Source: a virus (taxonomy: Duplodnaviria > Heunggongvirae > Uroviricota > Caudoviricetes). Taken from it: a DNA stretch of 64,000 nucleotides. The notes beneath the pieces are model-generated. The model searched no databases, was not told the DNA's origin, and saw only the letters and a list, made by a program, of their open reading frames with translations. This document shows positions 1 to 8,916 of the stretch, piece by piece. Positions within the stretch are counted from its first letter, which is position 1. Every line of letters starts with the position of its first letter. The position numbers were made by a program, and so were the translations under genes. The DNA lies in the IMG/VR virus record IMGVR_UViG_2938655777_000006, positions 80,983 through 144,982 of that record. One strand, given 5' to 3'.

Positions 1-398
1 GCAAAGAGGAATGTGGGAATAAAATTTATAAATATCTTGATGAACCTGACTTCTTTTATAACCTGCCCGTAATGGAGGGATGCCAAGAAGTACTAAAAGA
101 ATTGAACTACAATTATAACATTTATATTGTGACAGCTCCATTCAACTTGAATAATGTCGTACCTAAATATAAATGGCTGGTAAAACACTTCCCTTTTTTA
201 GATGAAAATAAATTTGTATTTACAAGAGATAAATCTATAATAGCAGCCAATTATTTAATTGATGATAAGCCTAAAAATTTAGAGAATTTCAGAGGGAATA
301 AGATTCTGTATAATGCACCACACAATCATGACGAGAAGCGATTCTTTCGAGTAAACAACTGGAATGAAGTAAGAGAAATTTTGTTGGATTGGAAGTGA
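1..398 (+). CDS. 5'(3')-deoxyribonucleotidase, NT5C/HAD family (5'-partial, continues upstream of window)
   Basis: Frame open from window edge to stop at 396-398; C-terminal HAD-type sequence (...YLIDDKPKNLENFRGNKILYNAPHN...) resembles YorS-type dNMP nucleotidases of Bacillus phages. Confidence 0.5.
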   Translation, partial: KEECGNKIYKYLDEPDFFYNLPVMEGCQEVLKELNYNYNIYIVTAPFNLNNVVPKYKWLVKHFPFLDENKFVFTRDKSIIAANYLIDDKPKNLENFRGNKILYNAPHNHDEKRFFRVNNWNEVREILLDWK

Positions 399-543
399 TA
401 AAGGTGTTGGTATTTAATTTTGAAAGGCTATCTGATTTATATAAATATTTAGATATGGATGACATTGATTATGGAGAACTTCAAGAATTACGAGATAAGA
501 TTGATGATTTAAAGCAAATTGTTGAAGATAAAATGGATGTATA

Positions 544-732
544 TTGATGAGCAGAACTAAGACGATTAAATACATAAACGAAACTTCGGTTGATGAGATG
601 ATTGAGCAGATAATAGCTAAAGGTTCAAATATTAATCAGGTTATTGAAGCAGCAAAGGAATCAAGGACTGAGTATGGGTTAAAGGTACAGGAGTTTATCG
701 AACGATTAGGCGAGGTAGAGAGGAATGTATAA
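544..732 (+). CDS. hypothetical protein (62 aa)
   Basis: ORF in track, + strand, tight packing with neighbours. Confidence 0.35.
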   Translation: MMSRTKTIKYINETSVDEMIEQIIAKGSNINQVIEAAKESRTEYGLKVQEFIERLGEVERNV

Positions 733-933
733 GTGGATAGCATATGGCTTAAATATGGCTTAACTATGCCTAAAGATATTCTTTTTATTGACAAAAACAA
801 TGACGATATTTGGGCATCACATGATAAAGCTTTGGAACATTTAAAAGAGAATCGAATAGAATTTGATACTTTAAGTAATTATGATCCAAAAATAGACGTG
901 GACATTGACCTGATGTTAGTAATAGAAATTTAG
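733..933 (+). CDS. hypothetical protein (66 aa)
   Basis: ORF abuts previous stop (taaGTG). Confidence 0.35.
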   Translation: MDSIWLKYGLTMPKDILFIDKNNDDIWASHDKALEHLKENRIEFDTLSNYDPKIDVDIDLMLVIEI

Positions 934-972
934 TAAAACCTGTATTTCATGAAGAAAGGAGTTTAACGAAGT

Positions 973-1245
973 ATGAAAAAACTAATTGCAGTTTTACTTA
1001 TAACGCTAGGTTTGACAGGATGTACATCAGCAAGCATTCAAGACAAAGCGCAAGATGTTGATTCCAGATTCAAAATATTGAGTTCAAGTAATATCAACAG
1101 TAATCGTCATATTGCAATCTTGGAGGATAAGAAAACAGGTTGCAAATATATGTATGCATATGCCGAAAATAATAGTATTGGGACAGCATTAACTCCTCTG
1201 CTTAATGAACGTGGAGTTGCCGCTTGTTCAGAATATTCAAACTAG
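973..1245 (+). CDS. putative lipoprotein
   Basis: N-terminal signal peptide with lipobox LLITLGLTGC; RBS aaaggag upstream. Confidence 0.5.
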   Translation: MKKLIAVLLITLGLTGCTSASIQDKAQDVDSRFKILSSSNINSNRHIAILEDKKTGCKYMYAYAENNSIGTALTPLLNERGVAACSEYSN

Positions 1246-1272
1246 TGTTAAATTGATGTTTTAATAAAGGAT

Positions 1273-1560
1273 GTGCTTGCGATGGATATCATTGATGCTA
1301 TTCAGAGAGTAGTAAATGAGGTCGTTGAAAATGAATATAGACACGATGAATGCCCACCAGATTTTATAGTAAGCCTATTGTATGAAAAGTCTATTGTTCA
1401 GGAATTTGAAGAACGATCAGATAGGGATCATAGAATCATTTTAACAGTTAGACATTTGGGATCGTGCTTTAGCAAAGTAATCTTTCCTCAAGTAACTCAG
1501 GTATTTGGGTATGACTCCTTAAAAGAAGAGATGAAATACATGTATAACAGAACTATGTAA
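1273..1560 (+). CDS. hypothetical protein (95 aa)
   Basis: ORF in track. Confidence 0.4.
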   Translation: MLAMDIIDAIQRVVNEVVENEYRHDECPPDFIVSLLYEKSIVQEFEERSDRDHRIILTVRHLGSCFSKVIFPQVTQVFGYDSLKEEMKYMYNRTM

Positions 1561-1575
1561 ATGTGAGGTGTTTGT

Positions 1576-1788
1576 GTGAATGGGTTTTTGCTTAATTTAG
1601 CTGATGCCAAGCACAGTATTTATGAAAAATTGTACGGCTCAAATAGATTTGTGTTTTCAGAAAATGATTGTATTGAGCGAATTAAACTTATACATAAGTA
1701 TGAGATGTTGTTGGATGTTATATCAATGTTGCCACCAATAGAGCAAATAAATATACAGAAAATCATTAAAGGAATTTATGAAGAGTAG
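1576..1788 (+). CDS. hypothetical protein, paralog family A (with 3190..3417)
   Basis: Shares ~55-60% identity over ...CIERIKLIHKYEMLLDVISML... with the ORF at 3190. Confidence 0.45.
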   Translation: MNGFLLNLADAKHSIYEKLYGSNRFVFSENDCIERIKLIHKYEMLLDVISMLPPIEQINIQKIIKGIYEE

Positions 1789-1821
1789 ATTTATAATTTT
1801 GATGGAGAGGATGCGCTATTT

Positions 1822-2226
1822 ATGGCTACGCCTATTGATGGATATGCAAAAGTAGTAACAGATGATAAAGGAAATGTAATTCATATTTTCGATTATTATT
1901 TCAATAATGATAATCGTTTTGAAAAGTTTACAGATCAAAAGATTATTCAGTTAATTCATAATACAGGAATTGCTGACTCAGAACTTCTGGTAACGTTGCT
2001 ACATTGGCAATATGATGATAATGAAGGTTTAGATATCTATGAACAGTTTGTGCTTAAAGCAAACTACAAAGAGAGTTTAATTGAAGAAGTTGAAATTAAG
2101 AAAGATTTGATCGGGGATTGGACTTTTGAAGTTGGAGATTCTTTTGAGCCAGAAAAAATATACTTTCAAGTGGACGTAAGACGATTGTATGAAAAAATTT
2201 ATAAAGAAGACTACCCAGTAAAATAA
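1822..2226 (+). CDS. hypothetical protein (134 aa)
   Basis: ORF in track. Confidence 0.45.
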   Translation: MATPIDGYAKVVTDDKGNVIHIFDYYFNNDNRFEKFTDQKIIQLIHNTGIADSELLVTLLHWQYDDNEGLDIYEQFVLKANYKESLIEEVEIKKDLIGDWTFEVGDSFEPEKIYFQVDVRRLYEKIYKEDYPVK

Positions 2227-2258
2227 AGATTTTATTTTGAATTATCGGAGGGATAGCA

Positions 2259-2537
2259 ATTTATCAAGCTTTAACTAGTGCAGTTTTAGAAGACAGATTA
2301 GGTATAGCTCATCAGTTTTTAAAAGGTCACTTTTACAATATTGATACATACAGCACTGAGAAATTTATTACTACATATGGATCTAATTCAATTGGTTTTA
2401 TCGAAAGGGATTGTTACTTTCTAAGTGAAACACAAGTAAATAAATATTTCGAATACAAAGAGCCACTATATGTTTATGGTGGAGTAGGGAATCCCAAACG
2501 GTTAAATTGGAATATCAATGGAGGCAGTGTTATATGA
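2259..2537 (+). CDS. start-codon-less ORF (92 codons); candidate ATT-initiated gene or pseudogene
   Basis: Frame open 2241-2537 with no ATG/GTG/TTG; SD GGAGGG (2247-2252) + 6 nt + ATT (2259); stop overlaps next ATG as ATGA (2534-2537). Confidence 0.3.
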   Translation: MYQALTSAVLEDRLGIAHQFLKGHFYNIDTYSTEKFITTYGSNSIGFIERDCYFLSETQVNKYFEYKEPLYVYGGVGNPKRLNWNINGGSVI

Positions 2538-2794
2538 AAAAGCATTTGAAAAAACATTATTTAAGTTATATTTGGCTTTTTATTCTTTTGATAGCATCTA
2601 AAATTTTACCAGAAGCATCACTGACAATTACTGTGTTGGGCATGGCTGCTTGGATGTCAATATTCCTTTTGGTACATATATTTTCTTTTACATTAGTTTT
2701 TTTGGTTTATTTCATCATTTGGGGTGGGAATTTATCGGTTAGTGGTGAAGGGTTATTAAAGAAAATCAAGAACAAAAAAACCAAATCAAATTGA
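2534..2794 (+). CDS. small membrane protein
   Basis: MKKHLKKHYLSYIWLFILLIAS... two hydrophobic helices; RBS GGAGG 2520-2524. Confidence 0.45.
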   Translation: MKKHLKKHYLSYIWLFILLIASKILPEASLTITVLGMAAWMSIFLLVHIFSFTLVFLVYFIIWGGNLSVSGEGLLKKIKNKKTKSN

Positions 2795-2820
2795 TATTTC
2801 ATTTGAAAAGGAGAATGCTC

Positions 2821-3009
2821 ATGCTAAGAGGCTGGATTAGTGCTGATGTAGAGGATAGAGAAGAACTTGAAAAATTCGGAATTAGATTGGGGCAATATGA
2901 CTATGAAAATTGCGAATTTACAGAATGCCTTGTGAACGAAGAGGCTTTTACCCTACTTGAGCCGCTGTGGGGAGAATATGTATGGGGACTTGAGCTTGAA
3001 AAAAATTAA
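2821..3009 (+). CDS. hypothetical protein (62 aa)
   Basis: ATG 2821 7 nt after AAAGGAGA; track ORF 2791 uses upstream TTG. Confidence 0.4.
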   Translation: MLRGWISADVEDREELEKFGIRLGQYDYENCEFTECLVNEEAFTLLEPLWGEYVWGLELEKN

Positions 3010-3189
3010 AAAGAAAGGAAGATAACCTACGTTTAAAAAATTCAAAGAGTGTGTGTTGAATAAGGAGTATCGTAAAAGTGTTGTTGAGATTTATATTCTT
3101 TTGTACGCTTCTATTACGCTATCTCTAATCAACTTGTTACTGATAATTTTCAAATAAAATCGATCTTTGATCAAGAAAGGAGAACACAT

Positions 3190-3417
3190 ATGGACGATTT
3201 TCTCTATTATTTAGCCAAACAAAAATATCTTAGATATAAACAGCTCTACATTAACAATAGCTGTGCAGACCGAGAAGAAGAGTGCATCGACAGAATTAAA
3301 CAGATGCATAAATACGAGATGATTTTAGAAGTGATAGCTATGTTGTCTATCGATAATCAAATTGATTTAAAAGAAATTGAAAAGCAATGCTTTGGAGACG
3401 CGCCCTATGTATTCTAA
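3190..3417 (+). CDS. hypothetical protein, paralog family A (with 1576..1788)
   Basis: ...ECIDRIKQMHKYEMILEVIAML... paralogous to the 1576 ORF; RBS aaaggagaacacatATG. Confidence 0.45.
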   Translation: MDDFLYYLAKQKYLRYKQLYINNSCADREEECIDRIKQMHKYEMILEVIAMLSIDNQIDLKEIEKQCFGDAPYVF

Positions 3418-3718
3418 GAACCCGATTGAAAAAGAAGCGATCAACATGGGTGCGCATAGTGAAGTTTACACGGATAATGAGCATCCTTCTACTTACAAGC
3501 CAACAAAAATCAATAAGGATGTTTATACTGTGCTTGAAGTAGTATCTGTTGAGATATACCATTACCATGGTTCTTGGTTTAGGTACAAATATGATCTTGA
3601 TTTGCTTGACGCTGGCAGAAAGTTTTTAAAAATGAAGATTGATAGCTGGAATGAGTATGAGGATTTATTAGGAGAAGTCATTGAGTATGACGGTAACGTT
3701 TTTACGGTTCATAGCTGA
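3407..3718 (+). CDS. hypothetical protein
   Basis: ATG 3407 (MYSKNPIEKE...) overlaps previous stop by 11 nt; track ORF starts at an upstream TTG. Confidence 0.4.
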   Translation: MYSKNPIEKEAINMGAHSEVYTDNEHPSTYKPTKINKDVYTVLEVVSVEIYHYHGSWFRYKYDLDLLDAGRKFLKMKIDSWNEYEDLLGEVIEYDGNVFTVHS

Positions 3719-3751
3719 TAAATTCAGCATTTGACGTGGGAGGGGGATGCT

Positions 3752-3895
3752 ATGGTGACTAAGAAAAGTGATCATAAACATGAGTATGAGCTAATCGAAA
3801 TAAAAAAGAATGGTTGGTTTACTCATGAAAAGACATGTAAGATTTGTGGTCATGTAAATAACCGTTTGAGGGTAGAGCAATCGGAAATACGATGA
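3752..3895 (+). CDS. small hypothetical protein (47 aa)
   Basis: Translated by hand: MVTKKSDHKHEYELIEIKKNGWFTHEKTCKICGHVNNRLRVEQSEIR; RBS gggaggggg upstream. Confidence 0.3.
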   Translation: MVTKKSDHKHEYELIEIKKNGWFTHEKTCKICGHVNNRLRVEQSEIR

Positions 3896-3922
3896 AATGA
3901 AACTTTTACTAGAGGAGGTACA

Positions 3923-4171
3923 ATGAAGATTTATCACACACAAACCGCTAAAAATAAGCAGCATAAGTATCATATTTTGAGTGATATTGGTGAACGTGTA
4001 TATCATTCACTATGTAACTCTGGGAGCTTTTGGGTAGGTGGGTATCACAATGATAAACCCGCAATGAAGCCTAATTTAATTGATTTTGATAGTAACTATG
4101 CCAATGAACTATGTCCTTCTTGTGTATTACAAGCCTATAAAAACGGAATGATTGGAATTCATGAAAGGTAA
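3923..4171 (+). CDS. hypothetical protein (82 aa)
   Basis: RBS agaggaggtacaATG. Confidence 0.4.
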   Translation: MKIYHTQTAKNKQHKYHILSDIGERVYHSLCNSGSFWVGGYHNDKPAMKPNLIDFDSNYANELCPSCVLQAYKNGMIGIHER

Positions 4172-4180
4172 GGTGAGTAA

Positions 4181-4450
4181 ATGGCTACAGCAGAAGAGCG
4201 AGAAACAGTATGTGTATGTAACGATGAAGACAATACGTGGGAAGTTTACAGTTGTTCCCCCAAGACTATTACGAAAATCAAAAAGGCAGGTTTAGAGCTG
4301 CTTCGAGTTGATGCAGATGGTGGTCACTACTTTAAGGGTGACTATGGTCAGGTATCGTTCCGAGCTAAAAGTAATGGACGCAACTGGACACCTGAACAGA
4401 GACAGGCTGCCGCCGACAGAATGAGAGCAATAGCAAATAAAAATACATAG
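4181..4450 (+). CDS. hypothetical protein (89 aa)
   Basis: ORF in track; RBS aaggtgagtaaATG. Confidence 0.4.
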   Translation: MATAEERETVCVCNDEDNTWEVYSCSPKTITKIKKAGLELLRVDADGGHYFKGDYGQVSFRAKSNGRNWTPEQRQAAADRMRAIANKNT

Positions 4451-4463
4451 GAAGTGATGCTTA

Positions 4464-4955
4464 GTGAAAAAATTGAAAGAGGTCACGTTTGGTCTAGAGA
4501 ACTGTGAAGCGCTGTCTATTAAAGGTGAATATATAGGAAATTTCGGAGTAGAAAACATAAAAAGTAGCATTAGAAAACACTATAATAATATTTCTCACTT
4601 TAACGTTTGTGATACTTTTTCAATGGCGATAAATAGGGGAGCAAACAAGGGATACTATGCGTTTGACACAAAAGACGAACATTATAAACAAAATACTTTC
4701 AAACGATTAACTCAAGGGGATATTGTTTCGGTTGATATAATCTATGATGATGATACAAAGGATGAATTTTATGTCCATTGGGAAGGCGAAAACGATTATT
4801 TAAACGAAGCTCAAAAAACATACATAAGTGAACTTGGAGATTTATTTATAGTAGTGTCAAAAGACGAAACTGTTGAATCCGAATTCGGACATTGGAATAT
4901 CGATAGTGAAAAAGGAAGCATGAATACAATGTGGAAAATAAACTCGATCAAATAA
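4464..4955 (+). CDS. hypothetical protein (163 aa)
   Basis: GTG start 8 nt after AGGAAGTGA. Confidence 0.45.
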   Translation: MKKLKEVTFGLENCEALSIKGEYIGNFGVENIKSSIRKHYNNISHFNVCDTFSMAINRGANKGYYAFDTKDEHYKQNTFKRLTQGDIVSVDIIYDDDTKDEFYVHWEGENDYLNEAQKTYISELGDLFIVVSKDETVESEFGHWNIDSEKGSMNTMWKINSIK

Positions 4956-4982
4956 GAATTTTACATAGAAAAGAGGTAGTGA

Positions 4983-5693
4983 ATGAACCTGTTTAGAAAA
5001 GTGCTGAAGTATTTTAAACCCACAGAAATTATCGATGATGGGACTATGCATAATAATAAGTTGGAGTCCGTAAAAAGAGAGCTAGAGCGACAATACAATA
5101 TTTTTGAACTTCTACTTCCGAAAGAATTTATCTTAGAGTTTAGAAATAAATCATACATATCTGGTGGATGTATTTATAGTTTGTACCATGAGCATGAACC
5201 TAAAGATTATGACTTCTTCTTAACATCCAATGAGTTAGCAGAAAAACTCAAAACGTACTTTATGGATCAAGCTGGATATCATGGTTCAGATATTAGCGGT
5301 GGAACCTATAAAGGGTTACCATTAGTAATTACTAAAAATGCAATTTCAGTTGGCAAATTTCAAATTATCACTCAATGGATAGGTGAGCCTGAGGAAGTTG
5401 TTGGTGAATTCGATTTCAAACATAACCAATTCTATTATCACAATGGAGTTCTTGACGTTGCAATGTTGATTGACTGGTCGTATCTCAAGGGGAATAAGCT
5501 TTCATACAATGAAAATCGAGCAAGAGATATTGTTGGAACGATTTTGAGAACACCTAAATTTGTTGAACGAGGTATGACAATTACCCAAAGGGAAATGGCA
5601 AAAGTATTGTTGAGGCTTAATAGGGTTGGTTTTAGTGAAAAAGAAGTTGAGCAATTAGAAAGTCTTGATGTAGATAGACATTTTAGTTCATAG
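4983..5693 (+). CDS. putative nucleotidyltransferase (Pol-beta superfamily fold)
   Basis: G[GS]x10-13DxD-like motif ISGGCIYSLYHEHEPKDYDFFL, downstream acidic EFDF; RBS GAGGT 6 nt before ATG. Confidence 0.4.
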   Translation: MNLFRKVLKYFKPTEIIDDGTMHNNKLESVKRELERQYNIFELLLPKEFILEFRNKSYISGGCIYSLYHEHEPKDYDFFLTSNELAEKLKTYFMDQAGYHGSDISGGTYKGLPLVITKNAISVGKFQIITQWIGEPEEVVGEFDFKHNQFYYHNGVLDVAMLIDWSYLKGNKLSYNENRARDIVGTILRTPKFVERGMTITQREMAKVLLRLNRVGFSEKEVEQLESLDVDRHFSS

Positions 5694-5726
5694 AGTCATG
5701 ATTTTACAGAGCAAAGGAGTAATCAA

Positions 5727-5897
5727 TTGAAGCAAATTGTTCTCAATATTGATGAAAATGATCGCGTTAATTTGAAAGTTGAAGGCTTTAGTGATTCACT
5801 AAAAGATTTAGAAGAGATTTTCTATATATTGTCCAGCGGAACCCGAATGGTAGCAACAAAAGTTGAAGAGATGAAGTCTAAGGATGGGGAGAAGTAA
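5727..5897 (+). CDS. small hypothetical protein (56 aa, TTG start)
   Basis: Hand-translated MKQIVLNIDENDRVNLKVEGFSDSLKDLEEIFYILSSGTRMVATKVEEMKSKDGEK; AAAGGAG 7 nt upstream of TTG. Confidence 0.35.
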   Translation: MKQIVLNIDENDRVNLKVEGFSDSLKDLEEIFYILSSGTRMVATKVEEMKSKDGEK

Positions 5898-5898
5898 A

Positions 5899-6069
5899 AT
5901 GCGGAAAGTAGAGATTAAAGGATACATAATTTTCGACGAAGAAGAATTGAATCATGGTAGTGACATCATCGGTCAAATTGACCATGAACTATTTAATTTA
6001 GATGGAATTGTAGAATGGGAATTAGAAGAGGTAAATGATGTAGAAGTTGAATATGAACGAGAAGCATAA
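5899..6069 (+). CDS. hypothetical acidic protein
   Basis: ATG 5899 directly after previous stop (taaaATG); GGAG 8 nt upstream. Confidence 0.4.
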   Translation: MRKVEIKGYIIFDEEELNHGSDIIGQIDHELFNLDGIVEWELEEVNDVEVEYEREA

Positions 6070-6101
6070 AATCGCAATTTTACATAAAAGGAGTTTTTTA
6101 A

Positions 6102-6365
6102 ATGACATTCAATGAATATAAAGATATATGCAATAAATATATTGCTTTTTCAAAAAAAGTTGAGAGAAAGGAAAAGATTGATTTTAATGATATTGATAGT
6201 TTGTATCAAATTTTAGTTCAATTGAATTCTGTTAAATTTGATTACTCAGGTTTTTCAAAAAAAGAGAATTATGAGGCAAAGATTTTAGCAAAAGAAGTAA
6301 GAAGCATAGATCGGTTAAGATTAATTGCAAAGACTATAGAATCAGTGAATGATTTGTATAAATGA
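6102..6365 (+). CDS. hypothetical protein (87 aa)
   Basis: RBS aaaggag 8 nt before ATG. Confidence 0.4.
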   Translation: MTFNEYKDICNKYIAFSKKVERKEKIDFNDIDSLYQILVQLNSVKFDYSGFSKKENYEAKILAKEVRSIDRLRLIAKTIESVNDLYK

Positions 6366-6391
6366 GGATTTTTACCGCAAGGAGGACTGTA

Positions 6392-6814
6392 ATGACTATA
6401 TACGAAGATATGGATAGGCTGCGTAGAGAGGTAGAAGAAAAAGCAGCTTTATTAAAAGCGATGGAATCTAAGCATTTTGATGTTAATGGTATTTGGAAAT
6501 TCTCAACTGAAGGAGATTGTGAAGGTCGAAGCATAAAACAGCTTGGAACATACGAAGGCAATCTATACGATGGTATAAGATTATACAACAGAAGCAGCTA
6601 TTATTCTCTGACATGTGAAAGAGTTGGATATCTTTCGTTGTTAACTAATAAAAAGCCTGCTAAAAAGAAGGCTCACTTCCAAGTGAGGGATGAAACAATG
6701 AGAAAAGGCGATAATCAAGAAATAATAAAACAGTTGTTGTCAAGTGTACCAGATGGTTGCGCCTTAAGTACAAGTAATTATTATGGGTGCATTGCTTTGG
6801 AATGGGAGGAGTAG
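6392..6814 (+). CDS. hypothetical protein (140 aa)
   Basis: ATG 6392 after caaGGAGGactgta; track ORF begins at an upstream in-frame ATG. Confidence 0.45.
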   Translation: MTIYEDMDRLRREVEEKAALLKAMESKHFDVNGIWKFSTEGDCEGRSIKQLGTYEGNLYDGIRLYNRSSYYSLTCERVGYLSLLTNKKPAKKKAHFQVRDETMRKGDNQEIIKQLLSSVPDGCALSTSNYYGCIALEWEE

Positions 6815-6817
6815 TGT

Positions 6818-7000
6818 TTGATATTTACTGAGCAGGACATGTTTGATAGTTGCAGAGATGTGTTGCTGTTTAGGTCAATCTTTGATGGTCTTAGTAGAGG
6901 AGAAAAGATCGTAACGATTCTATTCTTTCCCATAGGCTATGTACTTGCAATGATTGGTCTAATTCTATTCTGGATAGCATTAAGACGAGATAAAATGTAA
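6818..7000 (+). CDS. small membrane protein (TTG start)
   Basis: GGGAGGAG 7 nt before TTG; C-terminal TM helix ILFFPIGYVLAMIGLILFWIAL. Confidence 0.35.
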   Translation: MIFTEQDMFDSCRDVLLFRSIFDGLSRGEKIVTILFFPIGYVLAMIGLILFWIALRRDKM

Positions 7001-7026
7001 ATTTGATAGGAAAAGGAGAGAAGTAA

Positions 7027-7926
7027 TTGAGTAATAAGAAATCAACACATGACGACAAGCTCAGATTGATTGTGATTAAAACTAAAAGTAAGGTGTATGT
7101 ATCAGATAACATAAATAATAGTTCGTATCATTACACTAAAATTAAAGAACTTATATTCGACGGTGTTAAGCCAATTCCGACTTATAGAGAGGATTGGTTT
7201 GAGATTAAAGAGGTTCCAAAAATGATTCAAAAGAAATTGCCTTCAGAGCGAATTAATTCTAGATATGAACTTAAAGAAGCGCATTATAACACTGGATTAC
7301 CCAAAGTTCTCCAATCATCAGATTTTAGTGAAGAAGGACAGTATGAGTCAGTTTATGGTCTATATGAACTAAAATATGAATTGACTGACCCCAAACTAGT
7401 AGAAATAGAGTTTGAGTTAAATGTCATTGCAGAAGACTTGGATTTTGAAATTGTTCGAAGCGACTACAACCTGCAACACTCCGTTTTAGATCAAATCATT
7501 ACACATCCCGTGTTATTATCAACTCGTCCATGCACACTATCCAGACAAGAAAGCTACAATATTGTTCGCAAATACATAAAAGCAAATATTGATCCAAGGT
7601 GGGCAACCATTACAAGTGACTATGACTTTTGTTTTACTGTCAGTAAAAATATCGAACATGAACCAGAAGAATATAGAGTTAACGTAGGAAAGCGTAAACC
7701 AAAGTATGAGACAAGATATACAAGAACTAGAACGGTTAAAGTTTACGAGACTTCTCCTAAATCGTATGATAGATATCCTATTATTGAGCCATTTGTAGGT
7801 AAAAACGAAGAAGATTTGAAGATGAATATTCAAAAATTTTTGGACGAGCTTATGGAAGTAATCAATAGACCATTGATCGAGTGTGAACATTGTAAGGGAT
7901 ATGGAGTGATCAATTATGAAGTTTAA
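7027..7926 (+). CDS. hypothetical protein with C-terminal CxxCxGxG zinc-finger-like motif
   Basis: TTG start after aaaaggagagaagtaa; C-terminus ...[15 protein letters not shown]. Confidence 0.45.
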   Translation: MSNKKSTHDDKLRLIVIKTKSKVYVSDNINNSSYHYTKIKELIFDGVKPIPTYREDWFEIKEVPKMIQKKLPSERINSRYELKEAHYNTGLPKVLQSSDFSEEGQYESVYGLYELKYELTDPKLVEIEFELNVIAEDLDFEIVRSDYNLQHSVLDQIITHPVLLSTRPCTLSRQESYNIVRKYIKANIDPRWATITSDYDFCFTVSKNIEHEPEEYRVNVGKRKPKYETRYTRTRTVKVYETSPKSYDRYPIIEPFVGKNEEDLKMNIQKFLDELMEVINRPLIECEHCKGYGVINYEV

Positions 7927-8152
7927 AAAGAATTTTCTGATAAATGAACTAGATTTGCCGTATAGTGCTTTAGTGGATGATATTACAGATACTTCTCGTT
8001 GGAGCATCCACCATGAAATTGTGTTTGAGCATGAAGGGAAATTTTATCAGACTCATTATTCTGAGGGAGCCACGGAAATGCAAGATGAGAGTCCGTGGGA
8101 GTATGAAGAAGACGTTGATTGTGACGAAGTTGAACTAAAAGAAGTAAAATAA
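7916..8152 (+). CDS. hypothetical acidic protein (78 aa)
   Basis: ORF overlaps previous stop. Confidence 0.4.
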   Translation: MKFKKNFLINELDLPYSALVDDITDTSRWSIHHEIVFEHEGKFYQTHYSEGATEMQDESPWEYEEDVDCDEVELKEVK

Positions 8153-8157
8153 TTGAA

Positions 8158-8640
8158 ATGGTTTCTCTACCCGAATCAATTGATCGCAAGGAATTTATCA
8201 CTCAGCAACATACCATACCTTCAACTGGAAAAAAGAAGACAGTAAGTGAAATGACGGTACGAGAAATTAGAGAAGTTAAAGCAACAAAAAAAGAGAACAC
8301 GCCAATAAAGTCGCATACGGGTACAAGCAACAAAGAGAAAGGAGTTGATGTAGATCAACAGATAGTATCGCCAACTGTGGCATCGACTCGTTTACTAGCT
8401 GCAAACAATAATCAGAAAAAAGATGATACAGATCAACTGTTAATTGAAAACGATAAACTTAAAAAAGAAATTGAATGCTTACAAAAAAGGAATGGCGAGC
8501 TTGAAGCTATCGAGAAAGAATATTATCTATTAATGAACATGTTGGAAAAGGTTAGAAAGGATGCTTTTATAGGCGACAGCACACCCAAGAAGTACAAAAT
8601 AGAGAGGAATGGAAATATTATTATTGAAAGGGCAATCTGA
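8158..8640 (+). CDS. hypothetical protein with C-terminal coiled coil
   Basis: ORF in track; ...[32 protein letters not shown]... Confidence 0.4.
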   Translation: MVSLPESIDRKEFITQQHTIPSTGKKKTVSEMTVREIREVKATKKENTPIKSHTGTSNKEKGVDVDQQIVSPTVASTRLLAANNNQKKDDTDQLLIENDKLKKEIECLQKRNGELEAIEKEYYLLMNMLEKVRKDAFIGDSTPKKYKIERNGNIIIERAI

Positions 8641-8682
8641 TCTATAATCTTTATAAAAGGTCTGTTTTATTCTACTGGAGGA

Positions 8683-8916
8683 ATGTTAATGGAACTATCT
8701 GAAATAAAAGATAGGATGAAAAAATGTTGTGTTGAGGCAATAATAAATACATACAGTTTAGACAATGAGGTAGCTAAAATAATTTTGAATAACTCATCAT
8801 GGAATGAACTTGTTGACGAGAGCGATTGCGATGAATTGAGATGGATTGGTCATTACCCTTTCGAATATTGGGCTGAGTATATATGGAATGAATATAAGGA
8901 GGCAATCAATGATTAA
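8683..8916 (+). CDS. hypothetical protein (77 aa)
   Basis: RBS ctggaggaatgttaATG. Confidence 0.4.
   Translation: MLMELSEIKDRMKKCCVEAIINTYSLDNEVAKIILNNSSWNELVDESDCDELRWIGHYPFEYWAEYIWNEYKEAIND

Noticed and set aside
7537-8007. 156-aa minus-strand ORF
   Set aside because: Entirely antisense to the well-supported 7027..7926 gene; typical AT-rich antisense artefact.
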